Below, piece after piece: positions 1-8,471 of a stretch of DNA of 9,655 bases (the stretch's first letter is position 1; every line of letters begins with the position of its first letter). Both the position numbers and the translations under genes were made by a program. The notes beneath the pieces were generated by a model that ran no database searches, was not told where the DNA came from, and worked only from the letters and a program-made list of their open reading frames with translations. Origin of the DNA: Azolla caroliniana (lineage: Eukaryota; Plantae; Polypodiophyta); NCBI GenBank assembly GCA_043228905.1, contig JBHGNT010001344.1, forward strand, positions 1-9,655, in the 5' to 3' direction.

Positions 1-1
1 A

Positions 2-911
2 AGATGCTTGGAAGAGAAGAACTTCCAAAATGCATCCAAAGAGAAGTTTGTGGAGCTGGATCCATTAAAGGGTGTTGAAGAAAAGAAGTTGATTGATATT
101 AACCAACAAGTGTCAATGATGCGATTGAGTCGAAGTTGTGAAAGCATGATTGTGGAAAGCATTGATGATACCTTTGGGCAAGGTAAAGATGCTGAAACGA
201 AATTACATGTTTCTTCATCTGAACCCAAATTGAATACTGTTATGGATGATTTATCATCTCCTTCATCAATTGGATTGCTTTGCAGAAAGGTTGTGAATGA
301 TGATGATAAAATGCCAAGAACTAGATATACGGATGGTGATGGATATACAGGGAAACACATCAAGGATGCTTTGGATATTGCAACGTTTCAGGCTGAAGAT
401 TTTGTATTTGGAAAGACATGGATGCCTGGTTTTTGGGATGTTACTGAGGGTGTCTTTGTTCTTGATACTGAGAGTTTGCTTGTTCCGCATGATTCTGAAG
501 GAAGAAATAAGGGTAGTAGTAGCTCAAGGAGATCCCGAACACCCTGCAAATATGGCAGAAGGAAGCTATTGAGAAAGAAAATTCCGGGAATTCAAAAGCC
601 TATGTCATCCTTAGAGAGCTGCCTTTCAGCACAGATGGATGAATATAATAGGAAAAATCGAAAATTTGAGGAGTTTCGGAGGGCATCATCTTCATACCAA
701 AGCTCGGAGAAAGAATTAGAAGAAAGTAGTAGCATGGGAATTTCTACAAGTGAAGCAAAGGTTGAATTACCTGAGGGTGATGTTGCTATTGGATTGCCTT
801 TTTTGTCACCCAGGCAGCAACACCCAAAGAAAGTGATTAAAGAAGCATGTGAGAACTTCAAAAAGGGAGTTCCTCCACACTCTTCAAAACATGTGAGCAC
901 ATATATTGAAG
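2..911 (+). CDS. POLAR-like coiled-coil protein, coding exon A (5'-partial; frame open from the window edge)
   Basis: Frame open from nt 2. Contains KPMSSLESCLSAQ, resembling the KP-x-x-SLESCL-x-AQ motif I recall from plant POLAR-like proteins (At5g08010/At5g61040 type). Ends at donor GAAG|GTATGC (911/912), phase 1. The ORF-track start at 8 is TTG, not a true start. Confidence 0.75.
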
Positions 912-1142
912 GTATGCTTAAGACATGAAACTATAGTCAACATATTTGTGTCTTTATCTTTCATATGGAATGGTAATATGAGCACCTACGCAACCTCCAC
1001 CATAGGTAAGGTTTTTGTGTATGTTAATAATACAAGGATGATATTGTTGCTATATGTAGCATACCTTTTAAGTTTGCAGATGTTCACACATATAAAAGGT
1101 CCTTATTTCTATGAAAATATGGACTTTTTTGTTCTGTGGCAG
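912..1142 (+). other. GT-AG intron (231 nt) of the POLAR-like gene
   Basis: Begins GTATGC, ends TTTTTTGTTCTGTGGCAG, AT-rich. The phase-1 join G+GA gives Gly and keeps both ORFs in frame. Confidence 0.85.
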
Positions 1143-1588
1143 GACTAGTTGGCTCTTCATTCGGAGGAATTTTGTTCAATTTTGGTATAGGTGTCGGTAT
1201 AATGTTTGCCATAATGTCAGACATGCAGAGAACAAGAAAATTGGGGTTGCTTTTGAAAGAAGCACAGTCACTTACAAAAGATTTGGAGAATGAACTCAAA
1301 ATAAAGGGTCTACAGAAGACTACTGTTTATTCTAGAGAAGGTGATGACGTTGCACCAACTGAAGAAAAAGAAGGAGAAATTTCTATGACCAATTCATTCA
1401 TCAATGTTAGGAGTGTCGCGAACCTTCTTGACAAAATGAAAATGTTTTTGTCTAGTGAGGCACAGACAATACATAGAAAGGACATATCCAAGCTAGAAGC
1501 AGAACTAGTAGCAGAGCTTGAGATAATGGAGTTGGGCTGGGATGGAGATGGTTCAAAAAGTGCAAGAAAAGATTCTAGGCCAAGTGAG
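1143..1588 (+). CDS. POLAR-like coiled-coil protein, coding exon B
   Basis: Hydrophobic ILFNFGIGVGIMFAIMS followed by LLKEAQSLTKDLENEL and ISKLEAELVAELEIME, blocks characteristic of POLAR-family proteins. Donor GAG|GTATGA at 1588/1589, phase 0. Confidence 0.85.
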
Positions 1589-1848
1589 GTATGATATTCT
1601 TTTAATTCGTTTCAATGAAGCATTTTACACAGAGTAGAAAGGGGGGGGGGGGAGTAACAGTGAAGGAATTACTGGTTATAAGCATGGCAAAATCTCTTCA
1701 AAATTCTTGGAAAACAGCCAGCTGTTTTTGGTGATAAATAGCCCCTGTTTTTCTTTCCCTGATGTTTAAATCATTCAAATGTCCTGGCAAAATGGTCAAG
1801 GATGACTATATAAAATTAACTGATTCTGTTAGTTTTCTTTATTTGCAG
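1589..1848 (+). other. GT-AG intron (260 nt) of the POLAR-like gene, containing a G12 tract at 1641-1652
   Basis: Begins GTATGA, ends TTTTCTTTATTTGCAG. The phase-0 join is in frame with the 1762..2967 ORF. Confidence 0.85.
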
Positions 1849-2967
1849 ATCAACAGGGAAGTGGGTAGTCTGGTGCAAGGTGAATTGAAAATAAGTGGAT
1901 TTCCTTGTGAATTCAAAGAAGACTCACAGGATAAAAGTGCATCATCTAATGAAGATCTGCATGCAAACAGCTATGCTGTCTCTCCAAGAGATTTGGCAAA
2001 ACGTTTGCACGAGGTTTTGGAAACAAGGCAAGAGGCTCGTATTTCTGAGCTTGAATCTGAGATTAAGCTTCTAAAAATGAAGCTGCATGCAAAAGAAAGA
2101 GAGATTAAGCTTCTACGAAATGAAGCTGATCTAGATTGTAATGATAGTGCAACTAAACATGCGGATAATTCTGATTTGAAGAGTTCTTCTTCATTCAAGA
2201 GTGATGACACTGAAACTAAAAACAACACAGCCTATATCGCTTTGGGAGGTGAGGCATTAGCTGCTTACATGGAAGCCTGTAATGAGTTCTCCAAAGCCTC
2301 AAATGATCATCCGCTAAGATCGGATAAGGATGAGTTAGCCACGGAGAGAGATGCATGTGAACGTGACCTTGATACTATGTACATGGAGAACTATGAAGGT
2401 TTGGAGCACGTGGACTTGGTGTCTTTGGCTGAAGATCTTTATGTTAATGGTGATCCTATGTGCATGGAGAAGATGCCCACAAATGGGCAACAGTTTGCTC
2501 GTACAAAAAACTCACGGAAAAGATCAGCGTTTAGACATCCACAACCAGAGCACCTTATTTCTAGTTCAAGAGGATTTGATTCGGATGATGCAACAAATGA
2601 GACCTCCGGAAGTACCCCGTGCTCGGTGAAATGTATAGATTTCACCATTAATAAGGAGGAATCTTACGATGCAAATCGTGCTGAAGAGTTCATAAATTGT
2701 GTTGGCATTAACAGCCCCAAGATACAAGAGCGACACTCGATCCATTGTAAACATAATGAAGAGAATTGTGGTGATTTTGGTCATCCGGAAGGAGACAAGG
2801 AATGGATTACAATCAATGAACAAGATTATTACTATCCGGATTTGGATGAACAATTAGGAGAACTTCTCATCAAGCAGATTGTTGAGAAAAGCAGAAAAGG
2901 TTCACATATTGGACGTGATGCTCGGTTGATTCTTGCATCATTGGAGGATGGCGATGGAATTCATTGA
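1849..2967 (+). CDS. POLAR-like coiled-coil protein, terminal coding exon
   Basis: YAVSPRDLAKRLHEVLETRQEARISELESEI matches the POLAR-family signature (VSP-x-EL-x-x-RLHE-x-L-x-x-R-x-x-x-RI-x-ELE). Also LGGEALAAYMEACNEF and C-terminal LLIKQIVEKSRKGS, recalled from the At5g08010/At5g61040-like subgroup. Stop TGA at 2965-2967; AATAAA near 3062. Confidence 0.85.
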   Translation: MNREVGSLVQGELKISGFPCEFKEDSQDKSASSNEDLHANSYAVSPRDLAKRLHEVLETRQEARISELESEIKLLKMKLHAKEREIKLLRNEADLDCNDSATKHADNSDLKSSSSFKSDDTETKNNTAYIALGGEALAAYMEACNEFSKASNDHPLRSDKDELATERDACERDLDTMYMENYEGLEHVDLVSLAEDLYVNGDPMCMEKMPTNGQQFARTKNSRKRSAFRHPQPEHLISSSRGFDSDDATNETSGSTPCSVKCIDFTINKEESYDANRAEEFINCVGINSPKIQERHSIHCKHNEENCGDFGHPEGDKEWITINEQDYYYPDLDEQLGELLIKQIVEKSRKGSHIGRDARLILASLEDGDGIH

Positions 2968-3470
2968 GCGAGTAAATGGATAGAAGAAATTGTTTTTAAA
3001 GGCATGGAGCACATGTAATGTGTGTGACAAGTATCGGCCTTACATAATGTGTATGTATATAAATAAATATGAAAAGAATCTTCTAAACAAGGGAGGAATC
3101 TACCGAAGCAGAATATTGCACAATGGAGCTTATATGGCAACTTAGGCTATTTGTTCATTTATTTTTTATTTTTTCTTATGAGATTAGCATGTCATGTTAT
3201 TTTTTACATGAAATCGAAATGTATAGGCTTAACGAAAGACATATTCGTTGTAATAATATTTCAGATTCATATATATTTTATGATTCACTTCATTGTCTTC
3301 TAAACTCCTTAAGGAGATGAAACTTTTACAGGTGTTTTTACAAATCTCCATGACATTATGATGTTTCTAGTTCATATAAAAACAGAGGAGACATTACAGG
3401 GGCTTTATGAATGTTAATAGTAAATACATACGACTTGGTTTCTAATGAAAAGGGAAATGCCATTGAATAT

Positions 3471-3917
3471 AGCCATCTAATGATAGAGTTGGGATAGAAA
3501 GATAATCTTGTGAATTTCCCCTACATTCATTAAATAATAGGAAATTGCGAGAAAATATCACAAGTCTAATGTGAAATCCTGAGAATTTCCCCTACATTCA
3601 TGAAATAACAGGAAATTAGGAGGAAATATCATAAATCTAATGTGAAATCCTGTGAATTTCCCCTACACTCATGAATTAGTCAGAAATTAAGAAAATGTCA
3701 TAAATGTAAATTAAAATCCTGTGAATTTCCCCTACATTCATGGATCAATAGGAAATTATGAGCAAATATCATAAATCTAATGTAAATTTTAGCATATAGT
3801 TCAAATGATAGAGCCATCTAATGATAGAGTTGGGATAGGAAGATAATCCTGTAAATTTCCCCTACATAGGAAATTACCAAAAATCATAATTCTGATGTAA
3901 AATTTAACATATAGTTC
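3471..3917. repeat. Nested ~70-bp tandem repeat (minisatellite) with duplicated leader and tail
   Basis: Core AATCCTGTGAATTTCCCCTACATTCAT, or close variants, starts at 3504, 3575, 3646, 3715 and 3845 (the last internally deleted). Leader AGCCATCTAATGATAGAGTTGGGATAG at 3471 and 3812. Tail CATATAGTTC ends at 3802 and 3917. Confidence 0.92.
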
Positions 3918-4237
3918 TAGCTAACTGGGAAGTTCAAACATTCAGCCGACATTTTAGCTAATGATAACCCTGTACAAAAGGATGCCGTTCCCCTAGCTCT
4001 CAGAACTTGGCTTGGATTAACATACTCACACTTTCTTTGAGTTTTCAAAACAATATGAAATATGACAAGTGTTTGTCTCAATGGTGGACTTGCATTTGTG
4101 ATGGCTGGGCTGATACCACTTTTCTAGCCAAGGTTTTATGGAGAAAAAATAAACAGAATGAAATTGAAATGTTTTGGGCTAGTAGAACGGATCAAATTAG
4201 GGAGGGAAAATGTCATCCAAGTCGAAAGCATTGTGAC

Positions 4238-4323
4238 AAAGGGAAGACTATATACAATAATCTTATTCAAAAGTTACATAAAGGAAGAGTATATATAAAA
4301 TAATCTTAATCAAAAGTTACATA
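4238..4323. repeat. ~43-bp tandem duplication (2 copies)
   Basis: AAAGGGAAGACTATATACAATAATCTTATTCAAAAGTTACAT followed directly by AAAGGAAGAGTATATATAAAATAATCTTAATCAAAAGTTACAT. Confidence 0.85.
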
Positions 4324-4329
4324 CATAAT

Positions 4330-4355
4330 AAAAACAAGATGGGCCACTTTCTAAA
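4330..4355 (-). terminator. Probable RNA polymerase III oligo-T terminator(s) of tRNA-Gln
   Basis: On the minus strand, a T run follows directly at the tRNA 3' end (4353-4356 including the discriminator) and a T5 run lies at 4330-4334. Confidence 0.55.
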
Positions 4356-4427
4356 AGGTCCCACCGAGACTTGAACTCGGGTTACTGGATTCAGAGTCCA
4401 ATGTCCTAACCACTAGACCATGGGACC
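4356..4427 (-). tRNA. trnQ-CUG: tRNA-Gln, anticodon CTG (nuclear, intronless, 72 nt)
   Basis: Reverse complement GGTCCCATGGTCTAGTGGTTAGGACATTGGACTCTGAATCCAGTAACCCGAGTTCAAGTCTCGGTGGGACCT. Acceptor stem GGTCCCA/TGGGACC, A-box TGGTCTAGTGG, anticodon loop CT-CTG-AA, T-arm CCGAG-TTCAAGT-CTCGG. No encoded CCA. AT-rich upstream flank. Confidence 0.97.
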
Positions 4428-5674
4428 AGATACTAAAGCTTCTTGAAATTAATTTAAATGTACTTAAGATCTAAGCTCTTTTCATATTCATCGTTCTCAC
4501 GAATCCCGCCTAGTAATTAGTAGTAGTCCTAGTCCTAGTACTAATACAAGTATTGAAAACTACCAACAATGGACACAAAATGCAAATTAAAATCTCTCTA
4601 CTACCACTTGTTTACAATATCTTGTTGCATGTGCATCTAATAGAGGATGACCCAAATAGCATTTGCAACAATATGTTGAAGGGCTCAACAAAGAACATTG
4701 TCACATTGTCAAGCAAGCCGTAAACTTTTCACTTAAAAGGTATCACATGGAATATATCCCTTTTCGTATGTGTCAAAAGCATGGTGTTTATGCCCTTTTT
4801 GAAATATCCATGTAAAATTATGAAACAACATTGGAGCCTTGCCATTGTTTACAACATGACCATTTTCTTCCCTCAAAAAACTCATCAAAAGGAAAAGGTT
4901 TTTGAGTTAATTACAAGAATGAAACAAAAATTTTAACATGCTTGGTTTATCTCCAAAATATACATTCAAGGGGCACACAACAACACATATCATTTATTCC
5001 CCAAGCAATAATTGTATAGTTTTCTGTTTGTGCATTGTGCATGACCCTCAATGGAAATAATCCCACTTTCATCATTTACATCCTAACATCGGAGCTAGAA
5101 GAGTGACATTTTTTTATAATGTGTGAAGATTGATTGGCAACATTGAAAAAAGACTACATTCTTCAGACAAATCATTTTAAAAGAGTTAATATAGGATTAG
5201 CTATAGAGTCTATACCAAATTCTCCTTTGTAAGCGTAACAAACAAAACTCCATAGAAAACATTTGGTTGGAGAATATTTTGCCAAACATTCGGAGTGTGC
5301 ACATGTAAGTATCATTCCATTTTGGCAAGATATTTATACTTTCTTTACTTGACCTCGTTTCCATGTGATTTCATCTTAGCCATACGTGTTGTGGACCATG
5401 CACATTTGAGTGGATTGCCTAGAAGGGTATCAAATCCATGACTTGTTCACTCTTCATATCCTCAACTATGTAGTTATTTGCATTGACAAGCTTTCGAATC
5501 TATTATACTATAATCAAATTGTTACCTTCATTATACAACAAGGAAATCCTTCTGAATAACATGTTTATTATATATATTTTTGCAACACATACATTATAGG
5601 CACAAAAACCTCAATTTGAGGTAAAACCCCACAAAAAGTAAAGAACATAAACAATTTTTGTAGTTAAAAACACA

Positions 5675-5997
5675 CAAAATTAAGTGGAAACGTCGGGGAG
5701 AGATTTCTACAAATTGGACACGATTATAAAGAGATTGTCTCAAAGAAGTGTTGAAGAAGAAACGAAGTCTCCAATATATATGATTGACAAAATACTACAT
5801 GATTTTAAGTTATCCAAATGGTCTATAATGTCACATGCAAAATAAAGTGGAAACGTTGGGGAGAGATTTTTGCAAATTGAACACAATCATAAAGAGATTG
5901 TCTCAAAGAAGTGTTGAAGAAGAAACAAAGTCTCCAATACATGATTTACAAAATACCACATGATTTTAAGTTATCCAAATGGTCTATAATGTCCACA
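5675..5997. repeat. 163-bp tandem duplication (2 copies, high identity)
   Basis: AAGTGGAAACGT(C/T)GGGGAGAGATTT...AAAGAGATTGTCTCAAAGAAGTGTTGAAGAAGAAAC...CATGATTTTAAGTTATCCAAATGGTCTATAATGTC starts at 5682 and again at 5845. Confidence 0.93.
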
Positions 5998-6462
5998 ATC
6001 CGATCGATTCAATAGAAAAAATATGGCATTGCTTTGACAATGATAGGAAAAGAGGTCATATAATTTTTCCAAATTATATGTTTGAAATCCCGAGTCAAAG
6101 ATCACTCTTGTGTCTATAGATAAAAAATTCTTGATGGACAAGTCCTTGACAAGAGCGAGTCACAGCTGGGAAGGTTCAATGGCTCTTTACGAATTAGCAG
6201 TTTTCGATCCATTTGACCCTTACAAGCATATACAATTGCTAGAAACGAATCGATCATTTCATGAAAAAAGAATGGTATCATGAGGGGAAATAGACGATCA
6301 CTATGTATTTACATGGAATAACTAAGGAATAACTTTTCCTAACCCTCCCCTCCTCTCTATTCTCGAGTTTCTATTACCTCTTGCAGATGCCCCCGAGTTT
6401 TTCATTATTTCTCTTGATGCCCCTTGTAGGCATAAGAAAAGAGCAAAGAGTGATCGAAGACG

Positions 6463-6572
6463 GAATCGGATGGTCCAAAGTTCATCGAATTGAATCGAAT
6501 GGAATGGTCCAAAGTTAATAAATTGAATCAAATCGGATGGTCCAAAGTTAATCTAATTAAATCGAATCGGAT
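6463..6572. repeat. ~34-bp tandem repeat (3 copies plus a partial) upstream of the bL25 gene
   Basis: ATGGTCCAAAGTT at 6470, 6504 and 6537, each followed by an AATT(G/A)AATC-like segment. Partial fourth GAATCGGAT at 6564. Confidence 0.88.
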
Positions 6573-6593
6573 TTACACAATGTGATTGCAGAT

Positions 6594-6688
6594 TAAGAAG
6601 AAGGGGGGGGGGGGGGGGGGGGATTGTATGAAGGGCATTCTACGGAAATAAAGGAAAGCCTCAGAAGAAGAAGAAGAAGAGGAGAGGG
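6594..6688 (+). repeat. Purine-rich leader region: (AAG)n, G20 homopolymer (6603-6622), (AGA)n (6663-6680)
   Basis: Simple repeats read directly from the sequence. Confidence 0.85.
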
Positions 6689-6748
6689 CATATTCCATGA
6701 AAAGCTTAGCTTATGGAACAGAAAGACGAGAAAGAGAAGACATGAGCT

Positions 6749-7240
6749 ATGCAGAGCAGGCTCAGAAGGAGCTTCCTCAAGTCTCCTCCCTCATTCTCCG
6801 CCTCCTCCTCCTCCTGTTTCTGCCAGGTGTCTCGTTTCTATTCGATCATTGAATCATCATCAGTACCACCATCATCACCATCACCATCACCATCGCCATC
6901 GCCATCACCATCACCACCAGAGAAACCTATCCTTCAAGCCCTTTCCCGAATCAAGCACCCACAAGACGCATTCTCTGCTGACTACTACCGAAGCCGTGGG
7001 CTTGTCACAGCAGTCGTTTGCGATGGCATGATCAGTGATCCCCCTAACAAGAAAAGGGGTCATCTTCATCCACAAACCACAAGTTTGCTTCTTTTCCTCA
7101 AAGAGAAAGATGTGTCGGGTTTCTTGCAGAAGATGGGTCACCGAATGTTCATGTCCACAGTGTTTTTCTTGCATATTTCTAACCATTTCAATGATGCTTA
7201 CATGGAAAACACCATGACCCAATTAGTCTTGCCTCGCACT
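6749..7240 (+). CDS. RPL25: Organellar (probably mitochondrial) ribosomal protein bL25 / L25-TL5-CTC family, exon 1
   Basis: Arg/Ser/Phe-rich, acid-free N-terminus (MQSRLRRSFLKS) typical of a mitochondrial presequence, then an SP linker. Then ILQALSR...YRSRGLVTAVVC...LQKMGHRMFMSTVFFLHI...VLPRT, paralleling the plant L25 blocks (TIQAIPR, R-x-x-GRIPAVVF, G-x-x-FF-x-S-x-x-F-x-L, VLPR/VLPL). Donor ACT|GTAAGT at 7240/7241, phase 0. Confidence 0.8.
6866..6918 (+). repeat. (TCACCA/TCGCCA)n coding hexamer microsatellite encoding a Ser-Pro repeat
   Basis: CCATCATCACCATCACCATCACCATCGCCATCGCCATCACCATCACCACCA reads PSSPSPSPSPSPSPSPP in the bL25 frame. Confidence 0.9.
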
Positions 7241-8471
7241 GTAAGTGATTCTTAATCTTTATCTCTAATTTATAATTTATCGTCAATTTATATTTTGTTG
7301 ATTTTTTTTATGTACAAATGTCTCTCAATATGTGAAGGGTTTTTATTTGAAAACATCTCAATATTTGGGGTATTTTTGCTGAACATGGATGCCAGACACA
7401 TGAAGTCTTATAGGCATTTTTTGCACTAACACTCTCACATAGTGTATTAGGAGATAATATTACAGGCTGAGATTTGCTTACCTACCTAGGCATATTGTTA
7501 AATACTGAAGGGACACATAAAGAAAACTGTTCTTATTTTGTAGTATGCAAAGCCTTGGCGCGAAAATTTTCATACTGTTAGTATTGTTGGTAAACATGAG
7601 GGAGAACACAATAGGACTCTTGTCCATGTGGAAGTGTAGATATGTCTGCGGAGTCACTTCTGCAGAAACACACAATGTTGGAAACTATAGGGAAACATGA
7701 AGGAAAGTAGTTGGACTTGGGAAATTATTGAATTGTGGAGCCTCGCTTCCAAAAGCTCATATTGTTGAACACTACAGGAAAACTTGAGGGAAAGTGGGTT
7801 CTTTTCTGCCCTTCCTGATGTCCATGTTTAACTGACGCCAAGGTCAAGCAGCATCAAATTTCCACCCAACCATTCAATATATAGCCACATCTATATACCA
7901 GTGGATTGCATATGAACAATCTGCTTAATTAAGGTCCATACACTGTTTCTCTGACCCCTGACCCCTGACCCCTGGGATTATCCTAGTGCACAAGCCCCTT
8001 GCACAGTGCCTCCTGGATATTCACGATCATGACACATGGGATTACTTTGCCCTTACAAATAGTGTAAGAAAACAAGAATGGAAGTGACCTGTTTTCCATA
8101 TGGGCACCTACCTATGAATTCAGAGTTTTTCCTATAGAAGCTATTCGTAACATCAGAGGAATGTTGATTTTCCTCACATGGGCACCTAGCTAGGTATATG
8201 GAACTTCACTTTCTATTACTTATGATGCTTGATCAGTGTGGAGAAACATGATTCTTCCCCACATGATACCTTGCCATGTATGTGTAGCCTGGGTTTCTAA
8301 TGCTGATGCTGTTGAACATGGTAAGAAACATCAAGGGGAGGTGGATTCTTCCCCACATTAGGTACCTAGCTTTGTAGGGAAACATGAAGGAAAGTAGACA
8401 CTTTCCGCATAAAAAATTCCTAAAATTTCTTGTGATATAGTTGGTTGATTTCTTTTCCTCAAATTATGCAG
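7241..8471 (+). other. GT-AG intron 1 (1231 nt) of the bL25 gene
   Basis: Begins GTAAGT, ends TTTCTTTTCCTCAAATTATGCAG. The phase-0 join gives LPRT-VNFD, matching the L25 LP-x-x-V/I-H pattern. Confidence 0.8.
7951..7974. repeat. (CTGACCC)3 heptamer repeat
   Basis: CTGACCCCTGACCCCTGACCCCTG. Confidence 0.8.

Noticed and set aside
266-2853. Short antisense and alternate-frame ORFs overlapping the POLAR-like gene
   Set aside because: Shadow ORFs with no recognisable motifs.
8-2967. Three separate genes or an operon, as the ORF track suggests
   Set aside because: Phase-consistent GT-AG junctions merge them into one protein with collinear family motifs.
3504-3917. CRISPR array (27-bp repeats with ~43-bp spacers)
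   Set aside because: The supposed spacers are homologous to each other (GGAAATT...AAATATCATAAATCTAATGT), there are no cas genes, and the context is intron-containing eukaryotic DNA.
3123-4303. ORFs 3123-3320 and 4007-4303
   Set aside because: AT-rich, no recognisable family, located in 3' flank DNA. The second starts at TTG and runs into a tandem repeat.
4560-5560. Possible degraded transposon coding sequence
   Set aside because: The frames I translated are stop-riddled and show no transposase or RT motif I can name.
5608-5622. Palindrome ACCTCAA-T-TTGAGGT
   Set aside because: 7-bp arms are expected by chance in about 10 kb of AT-rich DNA.
6624-7031. 135-aa poly-His/poly-Arg ORF as a metal-binding protein
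   Set aside because: Starts at TTG. It is an alternate-frame reading of the (AGA)n and (TCACCA)n microsatellites overlapping bL25.
6322-7675. Minus-strand ORFs 6322-6531, 6911-7222 and 7478-7675
   Set aside because: Derived from repeats, antisense to a bL25 exon, or intronic, with no supporting motifs.
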